DNA of 64,000 nt from Planctomycetota bacterium (GCA_031403195.1 JANNSZ010000077.1:12568-76567); one strand, 5' to 3'. Counted from the first letter of the stretch, positions 37,630-46,845 are shown. Notes: generated by a model not told the origin, from the letters alone. Program-made: numbers and translations.

Positions 37630-37886
37630 CAAAGGATTCCTCGCGTGATTGGTCTCATGGTACCCGGGAAACACAGTGGTACTCCAACGGTCAATCCTCG
37701 CTCGATGCGGCGACCGCCGACGGTGGGAGACCTCGGGGCACCCATTGGTCGGCCACGTGGCCAAGGGCCAGGGGGCCCTCTTGTCACGGGCAGCGCGTTC
37801 TGGCCAAGAACTGGCCTAGGGCGCTGCGGTCGGGCGTGAAATACTTCCCTCCGATGGGGTCTCCCATCTACGAGGAGTTGTGTTCG

Positions 37887-39125
37887 ATGCGTGTCTTTCT
37901 GTCAGCTGGCGAGCCATCGGGCGATCACCACGCGGCGCTGCTTGTGCGCGAACTCCGGGCGAAGCTGCCGGATGTCGAGTGCGTGGGGCTTGGTGGCCCT
38001 TGCATGGAGGCCGAGGGCTGCCTGCTCGTGGCCGATATGACACAGCTGGCGGTGATGTGGTTTCTGCGAGTGGCCCTGTCGCTCCATCGCTTCATCGATC
38101 TGGCGAGGCGGGCCGAACGAAGCTTTCTCGACAAGCGGCCCGATGTCTGCGTGCTCGTCGACTTCCCCGGCTTCCACTGGTGGCTGGCTTGGCGGGCCAA
38201 GCGGCATGGCATCCCGGTCGTTTTCTATTGCCCGCCACAGATTTGGGCGTGGGCGAGTTGGCGGATCAGAAAGATGCGGCGGCTGGTCGATCATGTTCTC
38301 TCGGCCCTTCCCTTTGAGCATGAGTGGTTTCTGGCACAGGGGATGAAGAGCACGTATGTCGGCCATCCATTCTTCGATGAACACGAAGCGGCGCGTCGTT
38401 CTGCCGAAACGCACCCAGCGGACAATCCGCTCGTGATTCTCTTGCCCGGCTCGCGGGGCCAGGAAATCGAAGCCAACCTCACGAGCCTCCTGCGTGCAGC
38501 AGCGATTGTGCGCCGACGAGCACCTGCTGCGCGGCTGGCGGTCGCCGCGCTTCACGAGCGGCATGCCGCGAAGGTCCGCGAGGCTATCGCTGCGAACACT
38601 GAGGCATGTGGGCTTGGCATCACGGTCGAAGCCGGGAAGACACGGGAGCTCATCGGCCGGGCCACTGCCGCGATCGCCGTGAGCGGATCGGTGTCGCTCG
38701 AACTGCTGGCAGCGTGTGTGCCGACCGTGATCGTCTACCGGATCAGTGGTTTTGCGTTTGTCGTCCAGAGTTTTTTCCGTCACGCACGGTTTATCACACT
38801 CGTCAATCTCCTGGCCTGTCGCGAGCCGATCGGCCCGCTCCAGCCGGTGTTCGTGCCGCCGAAGGGCGTTCCTCTCGCCGACCCGGAGGCCGTGTTCCCT
38901 GAGTATCTGGCAGTGGACGATCCAGCCGATCGCGCTGCATCACATGTGGTTGACTGGCTTGAGAATCCGGCAGCCCTCGCCAGGGCGCGGGCAAGAATAG
39001 ACGCTGTTGCGTCTCTGGTAGCCGCCCCAGGGTCAGCCGCCCGCGCTGCAGGGGCGGTGGTTGTGCTGGCACGGCATGGGGATGTGCCGGATGTGGCGTC
39101 TGCCACCGTTTCGCGAGCCGCCTGA
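37887..39125 (+). CDS. lpxB: lipid-A-disaccharide synthase
   Basis: N-terminus MRVFLSAGEPSGDHHAALLVRELR and typical length. The ATG at 37887 is preferred to the start at 37836. Confidence 0.9.
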   Translation: MRVFLSAGEPSGDHHAALLVRELRAKLPDVECVGLGGPCMEAEGCLLVADMTQLAVMWFLRVALSLHRFIDLARRAERSFLDKRPDVCVLVDFPGFHWWLAWRAKRHGIPVVFYCPPQIWAWASWRIRKMRRLVDHVLSALPFEHEWFLAQGMKSTYVGHPFFDEHEAARRSAETHPADNPLVILLPGSRGQEIEANLTSLLRAAAIVRRRAPAARLAVAALHERHAAKVREAIAANTEACGLGITVEAGKTRELIGRATAAIAVSGSVSLELLAACVPTVIVYRISGFAFVVQSFFRHARFITLVNLLACREPIGPLQPVFVPPKGVPLADPEAVFPEYLAVDDPADRAASHVVDWLENPAALARARARIDAVASLVAAPGSAARAAGAVVVLARHGDVPDVASATVSRAA

Positions 39126-39150
39126 CAGGAATCCGCTATCCTGACGCTTT

Positions 39151-39918
39151 ATGCTGCTTGCCGAGCCTCAGCCGACGCCTGCCGATTGGCACTTGAAGAT
39201 TGCGGGGATACCCGTTCGGATCTCAGTATGGTTCTGGCTCGGCGCTGCCCTCCTCGGCTGGAACAGTTGCCAGTCGTTTGCCGGCGGTGATCAACGAGCG
39301 ATGCTCGGCTACCTCATCGTCTGGGCGGGTGTCGTACTGGTGTCGGTGCTCGTGCACGAGATGGGCCACGCGCTCGCGTTTCGTGCGTTTGGGCAAGGCT
39401 CGCACATCGTCATCTATCACTTTGGCGGCCTGGCGATTCCTGACCTCTGGAACCACGGTCGCCTGCGGCCAATCCAGCAACTCCTCGTGTCCGCTGCTGG
39501 CCCTGGGGCCCAGCTCGGCCTGGCGATTCTGGTCATCGCCATTCTGAAAGCTGGAGGCTACGCCATCCCATTCCCAATCGAAGCTGTCGGCGAGCCGCTG
39601 GGGCTCTATCAGGGTGAGCCACTTCCGTCGCTCCAGTTTTTTGTCTTCACGATGTTTGTGCTGGCAGTGAACATTTACTGGCCAATCCTGAACCTCCTGC
39701 CTGTGCCGCCCCTCGACGGCGGCCAGATTGTCCGCGAGGGAATGCTCGCGGCAGGCGTGGCCGATGCCCACAAGATCGCCGGAATGATCGGCGTGGCCAC
39801 CGGAGCCCTGGTGGCTTACTGGGCGTACACGAACAACGAGCCGTTCCTCGGCATCATGTTCGCCCTCCTAGCCGCATCCTGCTGGCAGAGCCTCTCGAGC
39901 GGCCCCCGCTGGCGGTGA
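39151..39918 (+). CDS. site-2 protease family (M50) membrane metalloprotease
   Basis: HEMGHALAF (HExxH) and NLLPVPPLDGG motifs in a polytopic membrane protein. Confidence 0.85.
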   Translation: MLLAEPQPTPADWHLKIAGIPVRISVWFWLGAALLGWNSCQSFAGGDQRAMLGYLIVWAGVVLVSVLVHEMGHALAFRAFGQGSHIVIYHFGGLAIPDLWNHGRLRPIQQLLVSAAGPGAQLGLAILVIAILKAGGYAIPFPIEAVGEPLGLYQGEPLPSLQFFVFTMFVLAVNIYWPILNLLPVPPLDGGQIVREGMLAAGVADAHKIAGMIGVATGALVAYWAYTNNEPFLGIMFALLAASCWQSLSSGPRWR

Positions 39919-40000
39919 ACCCGTTCGAGGTAGCTGGCACCTACCCGTTGCTGCAGGATGCAGCCGAGTGGACAGGGGCCATGGAGGGCTTGGTCCACGT

Positions 40001-40211
40001 CTACATGAAGATCGCGTCGACTGATTTTCCCTCGCCATCTTCGGTGGCGTAGAAGGGACGGTTCTCGATGTCGAAGACCGTTTTCGGGCTGATTCCCATG
40101 GCCGTGAAGAGCGTGGCGTGGAGGTCGGTCACCGTGACCGGATTCTCGATGGCCATGCAGGGCCGCTCGTCGGCGGTCTGGCCATACACAAAGCCCCGCT
40201 TCACGCCGCCG
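40001..40211 (-). pseudogene. orphan 3' fragment of a DUF1501 gene (direct-repeat copy A)
   Basis: About 95% nucleotide identity by hand alignment (about 10 mismatches in 211 nt) to 42005..42215. It encodes GGVKRGFVYGQTADERPCMAIENPVTVTDLHATLFTAMGISPKTVFDIENRPFYATEDGEGKSVDAIFM, without the rest of the gene. Confidence 0.8.
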
Positions 40212-40424
40212 TCATAGCCCGCGGTCCTCGGTGCCGACCCAGAGGCGGCCCTGGGGATCGAGCAGAAGCGACGTGACAAACCAGCCCTGCTTGGTGTTGT
40301 CCCAGGTGATTGCGGGGAGGTCCGCTGCCGATGCGAGTTTTGGCTCGTCTTCCGCAGGAGCTGGTAGGGAAATGGCTATCGAGACAACGAGAGGCCAGGT
40401 CGCCCGGACGATGGTGCCAACCAT
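40212..40424 (-). pseudogene. C-terminally truncated gene fragment (signal peptide plus first propeller-like repeat)
   Basis: MVGTIVRATWPLVVSIAISLPAPA...WFVTSLLLDPQGRLWVGTEDRGL resembles the N-terminus of beta-propeller sensor or secreted proteins. The reading frame stops exactly at the repeat junction, 40212. Confidence 0.45.
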
Positions 40425-40431
40425 GGTGCCA

Positions 40432-41676
40432 TCACTCCTTCGGCGTTCGTTCTTTCGCAGGCTCGGGAGGCCACGGCGAGTAGGGGGGCTCAAACTGGTA
40501 ATTGGCGATGGACTTCCCCCAATCGCTCAGGCTGTCTTTCGGGAGCTTGGACACTGAGTCGCGGATGTGGTTCACACGGTCTACGAAGAATTGTGAAGCG
40601 GCCAGATCTGGTTCCACGAAAGGTACGAACGGCACACGCGTTACGAAGCCCGCCGGGTACCCACGGCTTGCCATGGCTGCGACGAGCATCATGAATACTG
40701 ATCGGCTCACTTTTTTGTCATTGGCGATTTTCGCATCGACCAATGCGTCCAGCCGCTTGCCGAGGTCGTCTGGGTTCTCGTGGGCATAGGACGCGATCAT
40801 CCACTGCGACATCCAAAGGGAAGCCACGATCAAATCGCCATCCGGTGGGGTAAGGTTCGTGAGCGTTGCCTTCTCATCGGCCGTCAGTGTCATATCTCGG
40901 AGCCGGAGGAGCCTAAACGCTTGGCTCAGCATCCCGTCGGCCGCAGAAGGCCCGCGATTCGCCGCGAGTGACGCTAGCAGATCGGCTGCACGAGCCTTCT
41001 CGACATTCTTGCGATCGGAGAAATAGGTCTCAACGACAGGCCTCCAGGTCTCAGGCATGCTCATGGCGTACTCCATGGCTTCTGGAAACTTTCTATGACC
41101 TGGCCGAAGACCGAGGATGCCAGATCGAACCTGCGCGACCTTCACCTCCGGAAATTCGGTCGGAACAAACGTCGGGTGCCGGCTCAGCCAGTAGATCAAG
41201 TCGTCTTGACGACGAGCTTCTGGAGAGCCACCGCTAACAAAGCCACGGGGGCGTCGCCATTCGTACGGGATGCGGTCGCCTTTCGCGGCCCCAGACGCCA
41301 TATCGAACCGAAGGACAACCATACCAGCGGAAAATCGCTCTGCTGAGTCCGGCCATTCGCTGTCGCGGTCATAATGCCGTGGCTGCACCTCCACCCAGTG
41401 AAACTCGAGCGGGTCGTCGGCCACGGCCAGGACGATGAGTTGCCGAAGCGCCTCAGCGTGCCTTGCTAGATCCAGCGGATTGAGGCGGAAACGCGTGACG
41501 CCATCTCCATCACTCCAGGGGTTGAGCGACAGCACCTGCATGGCCCCATCAAGGCCGTCCTCTTCCGCGAAAGTGTCGCCCGACGGACACACCGCGGCGA
41601 CGCCCGTAAAGATGGCCACCGCGACGACGCGCCAAAATCGCTTCACGTATTTTGGTGCTCGCAGACAGTTCATCAT
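40432..41676 (-). CDS. hypothetical secreted protein (cargo of the mosaic insert)
   Basis: 414 aa from the ATG at 41676, with N-terminus MMNCLRAPKYVKRFWRVVAVAIFTGVAAVCPSG. No domain recognised. The region is visibly AT-richer than its flanks. Confidence 0.65.
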   Translation of the reverse strand: MMNCLRAPKYVKRFWRVVAVAIFTGVAAVCPSGDTFAEEDGLDGAMQVLSLNPWSDGDGVTRFRLNPLDLARHAEALRQLIVLAVADDPLEFHWVEVQPRHYDRDSEWPDSAERFSAGMVVLRFDMASGAAKGDRIPYEWRRPRGFVSGGSPEARRQDDLIYWLSRHPTFVPTEFPEVKVAQVRSGILGLRPGHRKFPEAMEYAMSMPETWRPVVETYFSDRKNVEKARAADLLASLAANRGPSAADGMLSQAFRLLRLRDMTLTADEKATLTNLTPPDGDLIVASLWMSQWMIASYAHENPDDLGKRLDALVDAKIANDKKVSRSVFMMLVAAMASRGYPAGFVTRVPFVPFVEPDLAASQFFVDRVNHIRDSVSKLPKDSLSDWGKSIANYQFEPPYSPWPPEPAKERTPKE

Positions 41677-41891
41677 GGCTTGGTAACAACCGTAGTGGCC
41701 GGCCCATCTTGAGGCGGAGGAGGATAATTGGCCCGAAACCACTCACTCACGACTTCGCCGTCTGTGATCGGAGGGTCCTTGGCTTCGGCGGGTTCCCCTC
41801 CCGGGGGAATCGCTGCCTTCACGTCTTCGGCCTTGGCATCAAGTCGAAGTTGCACTGTGACTTGCTGAAGCGGGACAAAGATTTTGTCCAC
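41673..41891 (-). CDS. small ORF, probably the 3' remnant of a gene truncated at the insert junction
   Basis: GTG-initiated, 72 aa. The same frame stays open with no start codon and reads protein-like (PDPLVLKALRINYAIDVQTYSLDVVGWCVAYHP) back to the junction at about 42004. ATGA overlap with the downstream gene. Confidence 0.4.
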   Translation of the reverse strand: MDKIFVPLQQVTVQLRLDAKAEDVKAAIPPGGEPAEAKDPPITDGEVVSEWFRANYPPPPQDGPATTVVTKP

Positions 41892-42004
41892 GGGATGGTA
41901 TGCGACACACCAGCCGACAACGTCGAGCGAATATGTTTGGACATCGATTGCATAGTTTATTCGGAGCGCCTTGAGGACGAGAGGGTCCGGCGCTTCTGAG
42001 GCGC

Positions 42005-42215
42005 CTACCCAAAGATCGCGTCGACTGATTTTCCTTTGCCGTCTTCGGTGGCGTAGAAGGGACGGTTCTCGATGTCGAAGACCGTTTTCGGGCTGATTCC
42101 CATGGCCGTGAAGAGCGTGGCGTGGAGGTCGGTCACCGTGACCGGATTCTCGATGGCCATGCAGGGCCGGTCATCGGCGGTCTTGCCATATACAAAGCCC
42201 CGCTTCACGCCGCCG
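42005..42215. repeat. direct-repeat copy B (3' end of the intact DUF1501 gene) matching 40001..40211
   Basis: Hand alignment gives the same orientation, 2004-bp spacing and about 10 mismatches. Similarity stops abruptly on both sides. Confidence 0.85.
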
Positions 42216-43426
42216 CCAAAGAGCACGACCGTCGAGCCGCCGGTGAAGTGGCGGTGCTGGCCATAGTGCTCGGGCTTCTGGAGAAAATCCTTGGGCGACT
42301 TCGCCTGATCGTTCGCCGTGGAGCCCGGCTGGCCTTCGGTGATCATATCGCGGCTGAACTCACTGGCGATGATGACGAGCGTGCGATCGAGCATTCCGCG
42401 TTCTTCCAAGTCACGAATGAGTGCGGCAATCGGACGATCGATCTCCGCGTGGAGTTTTGCGACCCGCTCGTGGCCCCGCTCATGCGTGTCCCAGTGGACG
42501 AACGGAATGTATTCGGTCGTCACTTCGACGTAGCGAACCCCTTGCTCGACGAGCCGACGGGCCAAGAGGCAGCCACGGCCGAATCGGCCGGTGTCATACC
42601 GCTCCTGCACCTCTTTGGGCTCGAGCGTGATGTCGAAGGCATCCTTTTCCTTGGCCCCTAGAAGCCGGTGGGCGTTGTCGACGCTCCGCAGCATCGACTC
42701 CTGGTGATAGTCGCTCGTGAACTCGGACCGCGGTGACGCTTTGACAAGCTGCTTGAAGTGTTCGTAGCGACTGGCGAAACGGCTAGGATCCATGCCCTTC
42801 GGCGGCCGCACGGCCAAGGCCGCCTCTTCAGGGAAGGGGAGGTTCAGGGGGCCAAACTCGCTGCCGAAGAAGCCAGCAGTGGTAAACGCCTTGATTTCTT
42901 CGTTCTCGCCGATCCCCTCGAGCCGCTGGCCGATGTTCACAAACGCCGGCATCACCGGATTTCGCGGGCCGAGGACGCGGGCCATCCAGGCGCCGAGGTG
43001 TGGACAGGCAACAGTCTGCGGCGGGACATAGCCCGTATGCCAGTGGTACTGGTGGCGCGAGTGCAGGATGCTCCCCAGATCGGGCTGCACGTGAGAGCGG
43101 ATCAAAGTGGCCCGGTCGAGGACGCTCGCGATTTGCGGGAGCCCGTCGCAGATCTGGACGCCGTCGATGGCCGTGGGAATGGCCGGAAATGTGCTGATCA
43201 CCTCGGGCACGGCCAGGCCTGGCTCGAACGGCTTGTATTTCTTGGGATCGAACGTGTCGGGCGCGGCCATGCCGCCAGCCATCCAAAGCACGATCACCGC
43301 ATCGGCCTTCGCCGTGGGATGTGTGAGCGGCGCCCCGACCGACGCGCGGGCTCTGGGCTCGGGGAGCGCGAGCGTGGCCGCAGCAGCACCAGCCAGGGAT
43401 TTCAGAAGCTCGCGGCGGGTCTTCAT
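42005..43426 (-). CDS. DUF1501 domain protein (sulfatase-like fold) with Tat signal
   Basis: MKTRRELLKSLAGAAAATLALP twin-arginine leader; typical DUF1501 length and C-terminus. An alternative start lies at 43450. Confidence 0.9.
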   Translation of the reverse strand: MKTRRELLKSLAGAAAATLALPEPRARASVGAPLTHPTAKADAVIVLWMAGGMAAPDTFDPKKYKPFEPGLAVPEVISTFPAIPTAIDGVQICDGLPQIASVLDRATLIRSHVQPDLGSILHSRHQYHWHTGYVPPQTVACPHLGAWMARVLGPRNPVMPAFVNIGQRLEGIGENEEIKAFTTAGFFGSEFGPLNLPFPEEAALAVRPPKGMDPSRFASRYEHFKQLVKASPRSEFTSDYHQESMLRSVDNAHRLLGAKEKDAFDITLEPKEVQERYDTGRFGRGCLLARRLVEQGVRYVEVTTEYIPFVHWDTHERGHERVAKLHAEIDRPIAALIRDLEERGMLDRTLVIIASEFSRDMITEGQPGSTANDQAKSPKDFLQKPEHYGQHRHFTGGSTVVLFGGGVKRGFVYGKTADDRPCMAIENPVTVTDLHATLFTAMGISPKTVFDIENRPFYATEDGKGKSVDAIFG

Positions 43427-43597
43427 GATGTACTCTCTAGGTTCATTCAACGAACATCGCTGTCAATGGTCATGAAAGCCCATGTGCTTGCACGTGGGAT
43501 TGTGGCTTGTTGGTCGTTCCAGCCCGTGGCAGGCTCGCGAGCCAACAGTTTCACCATCCCATCACCAAGGTGAGGGGCTTGTATGGATTGGACAGAT

Positions 43598-45529
43598 TCA
43601 TCGCACAAGTTGAAACTCCGGCAGCATCACGATTGCCCACAGGAGGTCCGCGACACTCTCCTGACTCGGTGACGTACCCAGGAGGTCGCGAGCGGCGGCA
43701 GCCTCACCTGGCGTCGGCTTGCGAGCCAATGCCGCTCCAAAGATCCACGACGTAATGGCATCGGCCCCGGGCCCGTGCTCGGCGAGAATCATTGTACTGC
43801 CTCGGGAGAACTCATCGGCGAGCGGCGCGTCATTCGCCAACTGGATGGCCTCGAGCGTCGTCAGGTCACTCGGACGACTGGTGACGATCTGGTCGCGGTT
43901 GGGACGACCGAGAGCCGCCATGAGGGGCGTCGCCTTCACGAGGGATGCCCGTACCATCGGCTGGGCCATGTCTGGTGTCGCGGTTCGAGTCACCTTCGCA
44001 TCAGCCTTTTCTGGAGCTGTGCCGGTCAGCTGCCACAAGGCGTCGGTGAATTGCTCGGCGGTCATCCGTCGCGGCAGGGGGCCGCGAAACACATGTTTTA
44101 CGGTTTGCATCGAGCCGGGCACCGCCGGCGTGGCGGCCGCATAGGCCTCCGACGTGCAGATTGTCTCGAGGACGTGCTTCACGTCCCACCTGTTGGCCAC
44201 GAGATCAGCCGCGAGCATGTCGAGGAGATCTTCGTTCCAAGGGGCAAGTCGCAGGGCATCGACTGGGTGGACGATGCCGCGGCCCATGAGCCGGGCCCAC
44301 AGCCGATTGACGAGGTTTCGAGAGAGCCAGCCGTTGTCTGGATGGGTGATGAGAGCGGCCAACTGTTCAAGCCGACGTGCCGGCTTTGCCGCAGGGTCTA
44401 CCTGGCCGAGCTCCTCAAACATCCAGCCCGGCGTGGCCTGCTGGCCGGTCGCCTTCTCGCAGCGATGGAGCTCGAGTGGCTCAGCAGACGTGATGGCGGC
44501 GAGATCGTAGGTCTGCTTAAGCGTCCAGCGATCAACAAAAGAGTCATGGCAGCTTGCGCACTTGAGATTGATACCGAGAAACGTCTGGCCCACGTTCTGA
44601 GCAAACTGGATGGGCACCGTCTGGCTGGCATTCACCGTGCCCCGCCACACGATCCCGTCAATGAAGCCCCGCGACTCCTGATCAGGCGCGATCAGCTCAC
44701 GGACAAAGGCATCAAACGGCTTATTCTCCACCAGCGCGCTGTGGAGCCAGCCGCTGATCTGGCGGCGGCCGCCGGTGATGAACCCCGTGCCGGCATAGTC
44801 GTTGCGAAGGAGGTCATTCCAGAATGTCATCCAGTGCTCAGCGTAGGCGAGTTTTTCCTTCTCGCTGAGTAGCTCTCGGACGAGGAGTGTCCGTTTCTCG
44901 GGCCGAGAGTCGGCCACATACGCATCAACGCGGGCCGGATCGGGAAGGAGCCCGATGAGATCGAGGCTCACGCGGCGAATGAAGGTGCGATCGTCACATT
45001 GAGGCGGCTGCGCTATGCCCTGCGTTGCCCAGACGGCATCGATGATTCGATCGACGGGGTTCGTGCGGCCCTCCGAGGCTGGTGGGAGCGTGACGGGGCG
45101 AAGTCGCAGGGGCGGCTCCCAGGTCGTACGCACAAACGCGAAGCCCGGTTCCCACTGGGCCTGGGAGTCGATCCAATTCTTGAACACGGCGATTGCCTCG
45201 GGGGGCAGCGGGTCGCCCTCGGTCGGCATTCGATAGTCCGGGTCGTCGCTTGTGATCCGAGCAATGAGCTCGCTCTTCGAAGCATCGCCCGCGACGAGTC
45301 CGGGCGTCCCGGAATCGCCGCCGGCCAGGAGGTCATCTCGCGTGTTCATCGAGAAGCCACCCTGCCGCGCATCGCCCGTGTGGCATTCGCCGCAGTGCTT
45401 TTTGAGCAGCGGGACGACCTCGTGGGCGAAGTCGACGGCGGTGACCATAGTGGGTGTCAGTCCCAACAATACCGTGCCACCAAAGATCACAACGCGGATT
45501 GTGGTATTCAGCAACCTAGCGACGGTCAT
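43598..45529 (-). CDS. PSCyt1/DUF1549/DUF1553 (planctomycete cytochrome-c-like) protein
   Basis: N-terminal heme-motif region LLKKHCGECHTGDARQGGFSM, DUF1549-like FIRRVSLDLIGLLPDP, and DUF1553-like CASCHDSFVDRW. It is the usual partner of the DUF1501 gene downstream. Confidence 0.9.
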   Translation of the reverse strand: MTVARLLNTTIRVVIFGGTVLLGLTPTMVTAVDFAHEVVPLLKKHCGECHTGDARQGGFSMNTRDDLLAGGDSGTPGLVAGDASKSELIARITSDDPDYRMPTEGDPLPPEAIAVFKNWIDSQAQWEPGFAFVRTTWEPPLRLRPVTLPPASEGRTNPVDRIIDAVWATQGIAQPPQCDDRTFIRRVSLDLIGLLPDPARVDAYVADSRPEKRTLLVRELLSEKEKLAYAEHWMTFWNDLLRNDYAGTGFITGGRRQISGWLHSALVENKPFDAFVRELIAPDQESRGFIDGIVWRGTVNASQTVPIQFAQNVGQTFLGINLKCASCHDSFVDRWTLKQTYDLAAITSAEPLELHRCEKATGQQATPGWMFEELGQVDPAAKPARRLEQLAALITHPDNGWLSRNLVNRLWARLMGRGIVHPVDALRLAPWNEDLLDMLAADLVANRWDVKHVLETICTSEAYAAATPAVPGSMQTVKHVFRGPLPRRMTAEQFTDALWQLTGTAPEKADAKVTRTATPDMAQPMVRASLVKATPLMAALGRPNRDQIVTSRPSDLTTLEAIQLANDAPLADEFSRGSTMILAEHGPGADAITSWIFGAALARKPTPGEAAAARDLLGTSPSQESVADLLWAIVMLPEFQLVR

Positions 45530-45592
45530 GGGAATCCTGTCGAAGAAGCGGCGGTGAATTGAAGCCTACTCGGTTGAAACAGGGAATATCGA

Positions 45593-45736
45593 GCCTCATG
45601 GTAGCCCGTGCCGATGGCGACGGCGTTGAAACCTTTGCGGCGCCAAGGATGGCGGAGCAAAGGTTCCATCGAGTGCAGCGAAGGCCTGGAGGGCCGGAGC
45701 AAACGTCCGGCGCTTCGGCACGGGCTACCATGAGGC
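45593..45736. repeat. 144-bp structured intergenic element: perfect 22-bp inverted-repeat arms enclosing two hairpins
   Basis: GCCTCATGGTAGCCCGTGCCGA (45593-45614) is the exact reverse complement of 45715-45736. Inner stems are AACCTTTGC/GCAAAGGTT (45630-38/45657-65) and GCCGGA/TCCGGC (45693-98/45706-11). Confidence 0.7.
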
Positions 45737-45759
45737 GGCACCTCACGACACGGGTTGAA

Positions 45760-46845
45760 TCAAAGCACCGGAAGGCTCGGCAGTGGTGGGCGAGCCGCGG
45801 CGGCAGCAGCGAGTGTTCCCGCCAGCCGCTCGCAGATGGATTGGAGGTAGGGGCAGGCTGCCGGGTCGTCGTAGTTGGCGGCAGTCCGACCAGCATCGCC
45901 ATGCTCGCGGATTGGGATCTGGATCGGGACTTCGCCGAGGAAAGGAATGTCGAGGTCCTGGGCCGTTCGCTTCGCGCCCCCCGACCCAAAAATGTCGTAC
46001 CGCTTGCCGGTGTCGGGGCAGATGAAGTAGGCCATGTTCTCGACCATCCCGAGAATCGGAATGTTCACCTTGCGGAACATGGCGATCGCCTTCGTGGCAT
46101 CGAGCAGGGCCACATCCTGCGGCGTGCAGACGATCACCGCGCCCGTGAGCGGCAGGACCTGCGAAAGCGTCAGGGCGATGTCGCCGGTGCCTGGCGGCAT
46201 GTCGATGATGAGGTAGTCGAGTGGGCCCCAACGAGTGTCGCGAAGCATCTGCGTGATCGCTCCGTGGAGCATTGGTCCACGCCACACAACGGCTTCGCCA
46301 GCGGGAACGAGAAAGCCGATGCTCATGACCGGCATCTCGCCCTGGCCGACCGAGAGCATCATGGGCACGATCTTGCCTTCTTCGATCTGAGGCCGGCCGG
46401 AAAGGCCGAGCAAATGCGGCACGCTTGGGCCGTAGACATCAGCGTCCAAGAGGCCGACACGGCTGCCGGAGCGGGCTAGACCGATCGCGATGCTGGCCGC
46501 GATCGTGCTCTTGCCGACGCCCCCTTTGCCACTGCCGACGGCAATGATGCTCTTGGCCTCGAGGCCGATCTGGCCAAGCTTTGAAGGAGGACGGTCGTGG
46601 GGCTCGATTGTGACCGCGACCGAAGCGATGGATGGAAACGCCGTGCGGATCAGTTCCTCGGCACGGGCTCGCGTAGCACTCCAGAGGATGGCGGAATGCG
46701 TTGTGAGACGCAGCGCCACGGCGATGGCAGATGCATCAGCTGAGGCAATCTTGAGTTGGCCTGTGGCCGCGAGAGGCCGCCCGGTCTCAGGATCATGGAG
46801 ATCGGCGAGAGCAGCAGCAACGCTGCTGGTGTCGGGTATGGTCAT
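45760..46845 (-). CDS. mrp: Mrp/NBP35-family FeS-cluster carrier ATPase with N-terminal DUF59-like domain
   Basis: P-loop GSGKGGVGKSTIA and the Mrp signature region around YFICPDTGKRYDIFGSGGA. Its start overlaps the nuoN stop in an ATGA. Confidence 0.9.
   Translation of the reverse strand: MTIPDTSSVAAALADLHDPETGRPLAATGQLKIASADASAIAVALRLTTHSAILWSATRARAEELIRTAFPSIASVAVTIEPHDRPPSKLGQIGLEAKSIIAVGSGKGGVGKSTIAASIAIGLARSGSRVGLLDADVYGPSVPHLLGLSGRPQIEEGKIVPMMLSVGQGEMPVMSIGFLVPAGEAVVWRGPMLHGAITQMLRDTRWGPLDYLIIDMPPGTGDIALTLSQVLPLTGAVIVCTPQDVALLDATKAIAMFRKVNIPILGMVENMAYFICPDTGKRYDIFGSGGAKRTAQDLDIPFLGEVPIQIPIREHGDAGRTAANYDDPAACPYLQSICERLAGTLAAAAAARPPLPSLPVL

Noticed and set aside
37751-37762. 12-bp perfect palindrome GGCCACGTGGCC in the lactonase/lpxB divergent region
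   Set aside because: Short GC-rich palindromes of this kind are expected by chance at this base composition, and there is no second copy or recognisable operator context.
39935-39951. TGGCAC-N7-TTGC downstream of the M50 protease gene, with a similar site inside that gene at about 39186
   Set aside because: The spacer is two nucleotides too long for a -24/-12 promoter, and no plus-strand gene follows.
45559-46479. 306-aa plus-strand ORF starting inside the palindromic intergenic element and running antisense through mrp
   Set aside because: It is antisense to a clear Mrp/NBP35 gene. Its start merely reflects the ATG-containing arm of the inverted repeat.
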